Positions 43,934-55,359 are shown, numbered from the whole stretch's first letter. The stretch is DNA of 63,694 bases, filler included, from Octopus bimaculoides (GCF_001194135.2; 8 parts of 7 records of this genome joined end to end with filler, not necessarily neighbours in it); one strand, 5' to 3'. Notes: a model not told the origin generated them from the letters alone. Numbers and translations are program-made.

Positions 43934-43969
43934 GATGATATTTCGGAATTAGAATTCCTTCTTCAGATC
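43934..43969 (-). ncRNA. mirror copy of the hammerhead motif
   Basis: Identical to 43990-44025 because of the palindrome. Confidence 0.5.
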
Positions 43970-43989
43970 TTAATTTTCCAGCAAATTAA

Positions 43990-44025
43990 GATCTGAAGAA
44001 GGAATTCTAATTCCGAAATATCATC
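43990..44025 (+). ncRNA. minimal type I hammerhead ribozyme motif
   Basis: GAU-CUGAAGA-A-GGAAU-UCUA-AUUCC-GAAAU-AUC-AUC. Intact core, 5-bp stem II, palindromic AUAU stem III, 3-bp stem I. Predicted cut 3' of C44022. Confidence 0.6.
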
Positions 44026-44182
44026 GGACTACAGTTTACCAAGTTACAACAAGTATACAGTCCATTTTTTGTTCTATATTGCATTGTTATACCTTCCTAA
44101 ACTTTTTATTCTTTACAAACAATACACAATACTTCAGGCGAACTACAATACTCTCCTATATATATATATATATATATATATA

Positions 44183-44595
44183 GGCGCAGGAGTGGCTGTG
44201 TGGAAGGAGCTTGCTTACCAACCACATGGTTCCGGGTTCAGTCCTACTGCGTGGCACCTTGAGAAAGTGTCTTCTACTGTTGCCTGGGGCCGACCAAAGC
44301 CTTGTAAGTGGATTGGGTAGACGGAAATTGAAAGAAGCCCGTCGTATATATGTATCTATGTATGTGTGTGTATATGTTTGTGTATCTGTGTTTGTCACTC
44401 CAGCATCGCTTGTGTGATTACAACATCGCTGGTGTGATTACGTCCCCGTAACTTAGCGGTTCGGCAAAAGACACCGATAGAATAAATACTAGGTTTACAA
44501 GGAATAAGTCCTGGGGTCGATTTGATTCGACTAAAAGGCGGTGCTCTAGCATGGCCGCAGTCAAATGACTGAAACAAGTAAAAGTAAAAGAAAAA
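44183..44595 (+). mobile_element. full-length SINE A
   Basis: Head ggcgcaggagtggctgtgtgg...ggttcagtcc, followed by the central microsatellite and tail. Confidence 0.92.
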
Positions 44596-45464
44596 GAAAA
44601 TATACTGAAAGAAAGAAAGAAAGCAGTAAGACTTTTTCAATAACGCATGCATATATTCAATTATATATTATATATATGTGTATATATATATGTATAGTAC
44701 ACACATGCTCACGCACACACATACATATCTATTTATGAGTACACTCATAGTTTGAGTACTCGTATCTGGTGATATATTTTGAATTGACTGAACTTCTGTT
44801 AGGCTATTGACTACTAATATAAAGGAAACTAATTCGATGTCATTGCTATTTGAACTAGGAAATGATCCTCGTTTTTAAGAAACAGATTTACGCAGACACA
44901 AATGCATCAGCTGACGATAGAAACTGTCTTGCTGTGGCGGTGAAAATAATAGATGGGCATTGTGTTTTGTAAGTAGCATCTACTCACCCTGAACTGTATG
45001 CTAAGACAAAATTCTGTCGTTACAGATACAGGAAAACAGTAACTGATAAATCACTTGTGAGACAAATAATCAGCCGGCTGAATAAAAATCCGTTTTGCGC
45101 AGCATAATCAATATTCGCCATCTGTGTATCATTCTTAATGCAAATACAGGGCGTGAACGCAAATTAACTACATTGTTCATCCGAAAATAATATTTATGGA
45201 CGTACTGTGCAGACGAAAACCTTTCAACAGCGACGGGGAGAACGCTGGATGCATAGCGGATTTGTTTGAGCATGTCGTTCACAGTGAGGGCAGAAATGTG
45301 CATCTCGGATTCTCATCACTGCTGCTAGATAATGTTCGTCTGTTACTCGTATATTCGTATTTTTGGGGGGTCGGTGAAATAAGTACCAGTGAAACACTGG
45401 GGTCGATGTAATACACTAGTCCCCTCTCCACTAAATTTCAGGCCTTGTTCCTTTAGTAGAAAGG

Positions 45465-45757
<293 letters not shown>

Positions 45758-45954
45758 GACAGCGAGATGGTAGAATCATTAGCGTGCCGGAAGAACTGCT
45801 TAGTGGTATTTCTCCTGTCGCTACGTTCTGAGTTCAAATTCAGGCGAGGTCGACTTTGCTTTTCATCCTTTCGGGGTCGATTAATTAGGCACCAGTTTCG
45901 TACTGGGGTTGATCTCCTCCAAAATTTCAGGCCTTGTGCCTATTGCAGAAAGGG

Positions 45955-45995
<41 letters not shown>

Positions 45996-46301
45996 AACCT
46001 AGCTACATGAATCGTACTTCTATATTTTTAGGTTACTGATTATTAAAACGAACGAATAAGGAAACATTCTGATAAAATATAGACAAAAAGTATCTGTAAA
46101 CGCATCGAAACACAATTAGTCGTCAAGATTTCATTGGATAGCGAAAAGTCTAAGAATGCGCGTCACATTCTTCTCTGTTCAGTCGTTATACTCCGAGCGC
46201 GTGATATTTTCGTCCATTCACATGCAGAAGCAAATGAAATTTCTGTCTTTTAATGTGTGCTAACGATATAAAATATAACACGAAACATCATTGAAGCCCA
46301 C

Positions 46302-46383
<82 letters not shown>

Positions 46384-46978
46384 GTATAAGAGAGCGTGTA
46401 TGGATGTGTGTATAACAATGCAAAGTTATATAAAGACGCTATAGATGTACAAATAAGAACTTATATAGTATGCACGTGCGTACACAAACTCAAGTTGATA
46501 GACATATGCATGCGAAAACACTCACACATATGTATATAAGCGCATACACACACAGACACATATACGCACATATATATTTGGAGATGGACAAAAACGAGAT
46601 ATAAAGACAGATATCGGGAGATATAAAGAACGAAAAGAGATAAATTCAATGAACGAATGAATAAGAACAATTAAAACAGTATGTATTATTTTAGTTTAAA
46701 GAAATAAATTCAATTCTGTTTCGACAATAGAATTATTTCAAGTGTAATGTAACTAGCGAGTAGAATAACAAATGCATAAGTGGCAGAAAAAGAATTTAAA
46801 AAAAAAAAAAAAATTAAAAATCATAAATATTCCGCATGTTTTGGTTTTTAAAGGAATTATAAAGCATGAAATTTTTCTGCAGTCACGTGAACGTGAATAT
46901 GCGAATCAATGACATATATATATATAGGGGAAGGTGTGCATGGGGGAATGGTGTGGCTGCGAATTTATGTGCATTTCT

Positions 46979-47078
46979 NNNNNNNNNNNNNNNNNNNNNN
47001 NNNNNNNNNNNNNNNNNNNNNNTTAATTAATTAANNNNNNNNNNNNNNNNNNNNNNNNNNNNNNNNNNNNNNNNNNNN
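46979..47078. other. artificial scaffold linker (truncates the MEST-like gene)
   Basis: 44N + TTAATTAATTAA (47023-47034) + 44N. Confidence 0.97.
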
Positions 47079-47082
47079 ATAT

Positions 47083-47115
<33 letters not shown>

Positions 47116-47148
47116 TTATTTATATATATATGTATGTATATTTTGCAG

Positions 47149-47216
47149 TTACTCCTTGTTCCAGTCATTGGCAGTATCATTTCCAAGATGGCTTTCTATC
47201 ACCTGTTCAAATTTTC
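47149..47216 (+). CDS. MEST: MEST-like alpha/beta-hydrolase, first visible coding exon (LLLVPVIGSIISKMAFYHLFKF-S)
   Basis: Acceptor tattttgcag and donor TC|GTGAGT. 68 nt, phase 0 to 2. Splices in frame to 47941. Matches the cap-region position of human MEST ([23 protein letters not shown], recalled). Confidence 0.85.
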
Positions 47217-47424
47217 GTGAGTACACATATCAGTTTTGTTGCTATCCTAATGTCTCAACCAGATACTTGCATCTGTAGTTTACACTTCTATCTTCTTTAC
47301 TTTCATTGTCTTTAATCCTTCTGCATCTCTTTTTCCACCTTTCCATTCATCTCTTTCCTCCTCCTCTTCCTCCATTTTTATGTGTATGAAGAATTACTCT
47401 TACTCTCTTTTACTCCATCGTATA

Positions 47425-47660
47425 TATGTATGCGTGTGTATATGTTTGTGTCTGTGTTTGTCCCCCCAACATTGCTTGACAACCGATTCTGGTGTGTTTA
47501 TGTCCCCGTAACTTAGCTGTTCGGCAAAAAGAGACTGATAAAATGAATAAGTACTAGGCTTACAAAAGAATAAGTCCTGGGGTCGATTTGTTCGACTAAA
47601 GGCGGTGCTCCAGCATGGCCGCAGTCAAATGACTGAAACAAGTAAAAGAGTAAAAGAGAT
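47425..47660 (+). mobile_element. SINE A 3' half in a MEST intron
   Basis: Matches 40890-41086. Confidence 0.85.
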
Positions 47661-47940
47661 ACTAGCTACAGTTGTGTTTTTAGCTCTAGGTCAGTCCTTA
47701 TCCAACAGACCTGTGACCAAAGACGTTCCAACTGTGGCCATCCCACCTTTTATTCAGGCATAGTGTATCTAGGACTACATTATCTAATGTGTGGTATAGT
47801 AGTTAGTGATTGCAAGGGTCTACTCTTTCACTATCAATAGACTCTTATCTTTCTGATCCAAGAAATTTTTTCAAAAAAATTCTTTTAAATATTAAGAAAA
47901 AAAAACCTATATAAAAAAAATGTCTGTGTGTCTTTTGCAG

Positions 47941-48039
47941 GTTTGCTGAGATTTTTGGGACCAAAAAACCATCAACAGATGAACTCTGGGACTTTTGGGT
48001 GGTCTTTGAGCATAAACATGGTAGTTCGGTCAGCAGTGA
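47941..48039 (+). CDS. MEST: MEST-like exon (FAEIFGTKKPSTDELWDFWVVFEHKHGSSVSS-E)
   Basis: Acceptor gtgtcttttgcag and donor GA|GTAAGT. 99 nt, phase 2 to 2. Similar to MEST VFGPYTRPSESELWDMW...NDG. Confidence 0.9.
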
Positions 48040-48074
48040 GTAAGTGGTCATTTCTTTGATTAATTATGTTTTTA

Positions 48075-49066
48075 TAAGAAGCCTGCTTCCCAACCGCATG
48101 GTTCTGGGTTCAGTTCCACTGCGTGGCACCTTGGGCAAGTGTCTTCTACTATAGCCTCAGGCCAACCAAGGACATGTGAGAGGGTTTGGTAGATGGAAAC
48201 TGAAAGAAGCCCATCATATATATATATGTGTTATTTCTTTACTACCCACAAGGGGCTACACACAGAGGGGACAAACAAGGAGAGACAAACAGATTAAGTC
48301 GATTCTACCGACCCCAGTGCGTAACTGGTACTTATTTAATCGACCCCAAAAGGAAGAAAGGCAAAGTCAACCTCGGCGGAATTTGAACTCAGAACGTAGT
48401 GGCAGACGAAATACCGCTAAGCATTTCGCCCGGCGTGTGTGTTGTATTTGTGTCTGTTTCCCACCATCACTTGACAACTGGTGCTGTTGTGTGTTTATGT
48501 CCCCATAACTTAGAAGTTCAGCAAAAGAGATCAATAGAATAAGTACCAGGCTTTAAAAAAGAAAAATATTGGGGGTCGGTTAATTTGACTTAAAATTCTT
48601 CAAGGCAGGAGTGGCTGTGTGGTAAGTAGCTTGCTTACCAACCACATGGTTCTGGGTTCAGTCCCACTGCATGGCACCTTGGGCAAGTGTCTTGTACTAT
48701 AGCCTCGAAACAACCTTATGGTGATAGAATGATCAAATGTATGCGATGTACAATTTTGCCAGCTAAGAGGACTGAAGCCAGGTGAAATGAGGTGTACCTG
48801 TAATTCAATTGGGTCAGTCTTGTCACACTGAATCTCTCTGAGAACAAAATCAAGTGTATGCATGTCTGTGGAGCACTCAGCCACTTGCATGTTAATTTCA
48901 CGAGCTGACTAGCCATTGGAAGATTTTAATTCAAAACTTATGAAAACAAGACATTTGTACTCAGAGCCAGAGCCGGTTTCAGCCGGGTTGGTAACGAAAG
49001 GGTTAAGGTGGTGCTCCAGCATGGCCGCTGTCAAATGATTGAAACAAGTAAAAGAATAAAAGAATA
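48075..49066 (+). mobile_element. nested TE cluster: SINE A host split by a SINE B variant (48232-48436, -), a second SINE A head (48604-48712), a SINE E piece (about 48740-48910) and a piggyBac-like end (AGGG|TTAA at 48999-49006)
   Basis: The host tail is split at ...ttcttcaagg | ggtggtgctccagc.... The pieces match other copies in the window. Confidence 0.75.
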
Positions 49067-49518
49067 TCAATTCTACAAATTGCAAAAATTTTCCTAAAAT
49101 TAAGGTAGTTCTTAGGAAGATTTAGTGTGACATAGAAGGTGACAAGGCTGGCCCCTTTGAATTACAGGTACAACTCAATTTTGCTTTATTCCACATTGCT
49201 CCATGCTACTGATCTGGCAAAATTGTACAACACATACATAAAGTGGCTGAGCGCTCCACAGACAAGCATACCCATAACATAGTTCCGAGGGCGATTCAGT
49301 GTGACAAGGCTGACCCACTTGAATTACAGGTACAACTCATTTTTTGTTTCCTTTCACCTTGCTTCAGTCCTCTTGAGTCAGCTCAAGAAGTCATGAAAGG
49401 TTATATGGGGTACTTAGACCCAGAACTCCTCCTTTTGATGTTGTCCCAGACATGTTTATCACCACTCCACCTGTGGCCATCCAAAATCATTGAATTCTAC
49501 AATTTGTTTTACACCCAG

Positions 49519-49595
49519 ACTGATGCAATTTATACCTGAGAGAACACAGTACAAGAAACGGTGGGTGGGAGCACTAGTCAAGACGACTGTCCCTG
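49519..49595 (+). CDS. MEST: MEST-like exon (LMQFIPERTQYKKRWVGALVKTTVP-V)
   Basis: Acceptor tttgttttacacccag and donor CTG|GTGAGT. 77 nt, phase 2 to 1. The RWVGAL motif matches MEST (LLQYINQRKKFRRRWVGAL). Confidence 0.93.
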
Positions 49596-49746
49596 GTGAG
49601 TGTTGCATCTTTCCTTCTTTATTTACTCTCTTTGCATGGATTGGTAACAGCCATTTTGCTTTTAGCTGTTATTTCTAGCAGGCCGAGCTACCATGCAGTA
49701 ACTAGACAGCCATTCCGTTATACAGGGTGTTCAGGCTAAATTTGCC

Positions 49747-49787
<41 letters not shown>

Positions 49788-49789
<2 letters not shown>

Positions 49790-50117
49790 CAGCAGATGAC
49801 AACGTTTCTCTAAAAGAAATGGAAATAGAGATAACTCAAATGTGGAATCTAAAAACAGAAACAATTCCTATCATAGTAGGTGCCTTAGGTATAATAAAAA
49901 AATATTCAGACAAATACATAACAAAAACACCAGGACTTACAAATATATATAACATACAGAAAATTGCACTACTGGGCACTGCACACATCCTACGCAAAAC
50001 ACTTTCAATACAGTAACCATAAGAGCACCACAGCAAACCACAGCACATACCCAAGGCGCACAGAGCTGCGCTCGGTAGTGAAGTGAAAGCACGTTATAAA
50101 AATAAAACTACTGAACA
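49788..50117 (+). mobile_element. R4/Dong-like LINE 3' end inserted in (TAA)n
   Basis: IPADDNVSLKEMEIEITQMWNLKTETIPIIVGALG...QKIALLGTAHILRKTLSIQ* is the RLE C-terminus. (TAA)n at 49748-49787 and (AAT)n at about 50117-50140. Confidence 0.88.
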
Positions 50118-50264
50118 ATAATAATAATAATAATAATAATTTCAAATTTTGCCACAAGGGCAGCAATTTTGTGGGAGGGGGCGGAGTCAGTTACAACAGT
50201 TTCTTCTCCCACAGCCACCCCTATGCCTATATATTTACATATTTACGTTGTTTGTCTGTTCTAG

Positions 50265-50325
50265 TCGCCTTCATCTATGGACCTGCTGACATTATTAATC
50301 CGACTCAGTTCATCGTACATTACAA
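50265..50325 (+). CDS. MEST: MEST-like exon (AFIYGPADIINPTQFIVHY-K)
   Basis: Acceptor tttgtctgttctag and donor AA|GTAAGT. 61 nt, phase 1 to 2. FIYGPAD..NP corresponds to MEST FIYGPLDPVNP. Confidence 0.93.
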
Positions 50326-50517
50326 GTAAGTGACAATTTGTTTACCGATCAACTCGTTGTTGTTGTTGTTTAACACTAGGTCTGCCATTGTCCTGCAAAC
50401 CTATAATTAGAGACATTGCGTTGTAATGGTGTTATGGGGTGTTGTAGATGCATTTGTAGATGTCCCGACTGAGTGGGAGAGACAGTGTTGTTAGGATGGT
50501 GTTGTTAGATGAATGGG

Positions 50518-51510
50518 AGCATGTATCCCTGCCCTGTAAAATTCTGTTGACACCATTACAACACCCTTTCTTCCATTCAGCCCATATACGAGGGTGAGTC
50601 AAAAAGTAATGCCATTTTGTTTAGGACAGGTATAATTACCAGCACAGGAACATGTATCATACATCAAAATGAAGCTGGTCCTCTGTGGATCACATCCCTA
50701 CTTCTCAACAGAGTCACCGTTTCTCTCAATAGCTATGTTCTACCTTCGAATGAGAGCATGTATCCCTGCCCCGTAAAATTCTGTTGACACTATTAAAACA
50801 CCTTTTCTTCCATGAGGGTGAGTCAAAAACTAATGCCATTTTGTTTAGGTATAATTACCAACACAGGAACATGTATCATACATCAAAATGAAGCTGGTCC
50901 TCTGTGGATCCCATCCCTACTTCTCAACATAGTCACCGTTTCTCTCAATAGCAATGTTCCACCTTCGAATGAGAGCATGTATCTCTGCCCCGTAAATNNN
51001 NNNNNNNNNNNNNNNNNNNNNNNNNNNNNNNNNNNNNNNNNNNNNNNNNNNNNNNNNNNNNNNNNNNNNNNNNNNNNNNNNNNNNNNNNNNNNNNNNNNN
51101 NNNNNNNNNNNNNNNNNNNNNNNNNNNNNNNNNNNNNNNNNNNNNNNNNNNNNNNNNNNNNNNNNNNNNNNNNNNNNNNNNNNNNNNNNNNNNNNNNNNN
51201 NNNNNNNNNNNNNNTGAAGAAATGGCTCAAAGAACAGTCAACAGAATTTTACGGGAGCACGTGTCCCTGCCCTGTAAAATTCTGTTGACACCATTACAAC
51301 ACTCTTCCATTCAGCCCATATACGAGGGTGAGTCAAAAAGTAATGCCATTTTGTTTAGGACAGGTATAATTACCAGCACAGGAACATGTATCATACATCA
51401 AAATGAAGCTGGTTCTCTGTGGATCCCATCCCTACTTCTCAACATAGTCACCGTTTCTCTCAATAGCAATGTTCCACCTTCGAATGAGAGCATGTATCTC
51501 TGCCCCGTAA
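50518..51510 (-). mobile_element. tandem array of mariner 3' termini in the last MEST intron
   Basis: Three units of about 200 bp (from 50587, 50814 and 51320), each TIR (tacgagggtgagtcaaaaagtaatgcc) + UTR + ...EFYGAGIHALIRRWNIAIERNGDYVEK*. An inverted piece lies at 51215-51259 and a gap at 50998-51214. Confidence 0.85.
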
Positions 51511-51605
51511 ATTCTAAGTCCCAATTGAATGGGAGAGGTAGTGTTATTCGGATGTTCTGGCACTATGTTTTATTCCATTTCATAATGGTGTTTGTCTCGT
51601 TGTAG

Positions 51606-51729
51606 GAAACTATTGCCGGATCAAACGCTCAGTGTGTTAGATGATGGTGTTGGACACTACCCCCAGTGGGAGGCTCCCGGTCAAGTGGTTCAAGCTTATA
51701 AGAAATTCCTGAAGAAGGTCATTTCATGA
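51606..51729 (+). CDS. MEST: MEST-like terminal exon (KLLPDQTLSVLDDGVGHYPQWEAPGQVVQAYKKFLKKVIS*)
   Basis: Acceptor tttgtctcgttgtag, phase 2 start, TGA at 51727-51729. GHYPQWE carries the predicted catalytic His (MEST SHYPQLEDP). Confidence 0.93.
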
Positions 51730-51781
51730 AGACCTTCTCAACATTTTTGCATTCACAGAAGAAAAATACACAAAACACAAC

Positions 51782-51787
51782 AATAAA
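51782..51787 (+). promoter_or_regulatory. candidate polyadenylation signal for the MEST-like gene
   Basis: AATAAA about 50 nt after the stop codon. A second copy is at 51970-51975. The region is AT-rich, so a chance match is possible. Confidence 0.35.
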
Positions 51788-51801
51788 CAACAACAATAAT
51801 G

Positions 51802-51835
<34 letters not shown>

Positions 51836-52439
51836 TAATATATGGTACAACTCACATCCTACTCAACAGACGTTAAATTTAATTAAATTTAGTCTCATAA
51901 TTGATTATGCTAATAATTATGATTCATATAAAACACTCCACACACACACATTCTATGCTGTCACCAACCAATAAACACACAAACATGATTACACATATGC
52001 AATCACCATACACACACACACACATACACACACACATTCTTTTGCAATGGTTCTCAAATGTTTTTTGTTACTTTTTTAATTTTTTTAATTTTATTTTAAT
52101 TTTTTTTGTCCCCACCCCCACCCCNNNNNNNNNNNNNNNNNNNNNNNNNNNNNNNNNNNNNNNNNNNNNNNNNNNNNNNNNNNNNNNNNNNNNNNNNNNN
52201 NNNNNNNNNNNNNNNNNNNNNNNNNNNNNNNNNNNNNNNNNNNNNNNNNNNNNNNNNNNNNNNNNNNCCCCCAGCTCGTGGTTCCCTTTTTCTGGACCGA
52301 ATCAAAACTCTGATGCAACAATTTGTGTATAAAGTTTTTAAAAAAATAATAATTTGAAAAAATATAAAAAACAAAAAAAAAACATGGTATTTATATATTA
52401 AACTATGAAAGAAAAAATTATTATTAGTTAATGTTTGTC

Positions 52440-52680
52440 TACATCATCATCATCATCATACATCTGTTTTCCATGCTAGTATGGGTTGGACTGGTTGAGC
52501 GGAACTGGCCATCTTAAGAGCTGCCCTAATCTCATGACTGTTTTGGCATGGTTTTCAACGACTAGATGCCATTCCTAATGCCAACCACTTTACAGAGTGC
52601 ACTGGGTGCTTATATGCAGCACTGGCCCAGGTGCATTTACATGCCACCCGTATGGGTGCATTTTACATGGCAGCAGCACC
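52440..52680 (-). mobile_element. SINE family F 3' part, (GAT)n tail
   Basis: Reverse complement of 61085-61235 (gtggttggcattaggaatggcatc..., ccaacccatactagcatggaaa). Confidence 0.7.
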
Positions 52681-52964
52681 CGTGAGCCCACAAAATTATG
52701 AACACATTATTATATATATATATATATTATATATATATATATATTATATATATATATTTATTTATTTATTTATTTATGGGTTTCAGCCAAGTGGCTGCGG
52801 TTATGCTGGAGCACCACCGTGATTTTCCATCTTTATGCTGTGCTCTCTTCACGTTCCTTGCATGACTCTTCTCCCCCACCTGATAGGGTCCAATCAAGAG
52901 TTTTGATGGCACATCTGGTGTATAAGAGAATTTGACATCGCTGCCCTAAACTGCGTCTCATTTC

Positions 52965-53064
52965 NNNNNNNNNNNNNNNNNNNNNNNNNNNNNNNNNNNN
53001 NNNNNNNNTTAATTAATTAANNNNNNNNNNNNNNNNNNNNNNNNNNNNNNNNNNNNNNNNNNNN
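52965..53064. other. artificial scaffold linker
   Basis: 44N + TTAATTAATTAA (53009-53020) + 44N. Confidence 0.97.
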
Positions 53065-53377
53065 TCTCTCTCTCTCTCTCTCTCTGAATTGGCTGTTTTG
53101 AGGGGTTGCAAGTCAGAAAATAAAATCTGATCCTTCCGATAGTACTTTTTCTTTTATTTTTTTTTGGTGGGGCGGTTTAATAAATTGCTGAGGCCGTTTC
53201 TTCCTTCTCCCAGAATCGACTGTATTTAACCCCCCCACACACACACACACACGCACACACACAAAAGGCATCGTTCATACACGACTTCATCAATCGTTTC
53301 ACCTCTATTCTATGGATACAACAAGCAGCTAAAAAGGTCGGGCAGTCTTGAGGCACATTACAGGCCATATAATGTGA

Positions 53378-53665
53378 AGGTGCGTAACTTAGTGGTTAAA
53401 GTGTTCTGCTCATGATTGTTAGGTCATGAGTTCGATTCCAGACGGCACACTGTGTCCTTGAGCAAAACACTTAATTTCACGTGACTCTCAGTTCACTCAG
53501 CTGGCAGACATGAGATGCATCTGCAATTCAAAGGGCCAGCCATGTCACATTCTGTGTCACACTGAATCTCCCTAAGAACTACGTTACGGGTACTCGTGTC
53601 TGCGGAGTACTCAGCCACTTTCACGTTAACTTCAGATCATCTGTAACTCTTATCGTCGTAACCGA
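53378..53665 (+). mobile_element. tRNA-derived SINE family E
   Basis: Head with gagttcgattcc, then gtgtccttgagcaaaacacttaatttcacg. The body recurs at 48740-48910 and 49130-49345. Confidence 0.75.
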
Positions 53666-53840
53666 TGATGTGCCAGTTATGCCATATTGTAGAAGCTTTG
53701 TGTGTGTTGAGTTAATTTTAGGGTGATTTGGCAGCTATTTCTTGCAGGCCCGCCGATTAGGCGTACCAGGGCTTATTCAATCGACTATAATTACCCCTCT
53801 AAATTTCCCAGTCCTTACTCCTTCCCCACTACCGCAAAAA

Positions 53841-53875
<35 letters not shown>

Positions 53876-55359
53876 GAAGGAAAGTAAAATAAAACTGAAG
53901 GCTTGTGGCTATGTGAGAAATCATTAATGTGCTTCCATTGTTGTATCTATACGGCAAGACCAAGAATATCCGGATTCCGTTTCATCCATCATTCCAAGAA
54001 ATCCCGTTCTAGGAATAAATCTCATTTTCATCACCACCACCACCACCACCACCACTACCACCATCGTCATCACCACTGCCACCATCATCATCAACAGTAG
54101 CAGCAACAAAACAACAACCTGTTATTTATTTCATTTCACTGCAAACAAACGAAGAATGGGAAAAGAAATTAATGAATAATTTTGGATTTTCATAAATATC
54201 TTACTTCTCCCTCCTCTCTTCCGTCTTATATTTTTACCATTTTTGGGGCTGTTTTCTTTTTTTTTTTTTTTTTNNNNNNNNNNTTTTTTTTTTTTTTTTT
54301 TTTTTACTTCATCTTCATTGACAATACATCCTCTTTCACGTGATTAGATGTATGTGTATATATATATGCTTTTTTATTGGCATATATATATATGCGTATA
54401 CGCATGTATATGTGTACATACACATATATATATATATACATACACACACACACATATATCAATACACGCGCGCATTCTCTATCTCTCTATCTCTCTCTCA
54501 CACACACACAGCTCAAGTTTTCTGTGTATAACGGAATTTTTGTGTGTGTATTGGTATGTGTGTGTTTATATTTATGTATGTGTGTATCCATTTATATTTA
54601 TATATACATGTGAGTGTGTATATTTAAATGTACGTGTGTATACATATATATTTATATATAAATATATGTGTGTAATTTTATACATACAGGCACACAATTA
54701 TATTTATGCCTACATGAACGAATTTATATATACGCAATTACATTTATGAAAATGCGCGATAAAAATACAATCATGTGTGCGTCTACGCACTTGACTGTGT
54801 GTATGTGCAAAATTATTTTTAACATTTTTAGCAGTAAACCTAAAATGAATTGTATTTTATACGGCAAGGAAATTATAGATCTCTAAATTTAGTTGTGTGT
54901 ATGTGGTGGTAGTGGCGGTTGTGGTGGTAGTAGCGGTTGTGTTTGCAGTGGTAATATGAATGATAAAAATAGTAACAACAACTACAATAATAATAATAGC
55001 GATAATAGTAATGTCTTTATTAAGCAGCATTGGCTCAAAGAAAAGAGATGCGGTGGAAAAAGACAAGATACAACATAAAACGTGTAAAATAATGTGAAGG
55101 AAAAAAAAAACCCCAACAGAATGTAAAAAGAAAAGATTCTAATAAACAAGATTCACCTAGCGGTGCGGGTGATGGGGACAGCTGCCTAAGGACAATGAAG
55201 GAAACCTCACAAAGCCTGGCTTACTCTGTTACCACTATTACTACTAATATGATAATAATGATAAGAAGAAGAAGAAGGTTTTCCATTTTCAAACTGTTGA
55301 ATATCAGTAAGATTCAGGATTTTGGTTCGGTTGCGTAAAGAGGCCGTGTGACCAGTGTT

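Larger units (their letters stand above)
43822..44137. repeat. perfect 155-bp inverted repeat (Penelope-like pLTR), 6-nt loop
   Basis: 43822-43976 is the exact reverse complement of 43983-44137. The loop is tccagc. The left arm starts at the scaffold edge. Confidence 0.9.

Noticed and set aside
44988-45087. Minus-strand donor CAGG|GTGAGT with upstream acceptors
   Set aside because: All three frames of the 100-nt exon have stops, and the 13-nt alternative is unsupported.
49243-49539. 98-aa ORF; VMKGYM plus nearby YKKRWV suggested a PH domain
   Set aside because: The ORF begins in a SINE E fragment, and the KKRWVGAL exon is fully explained by MEST.
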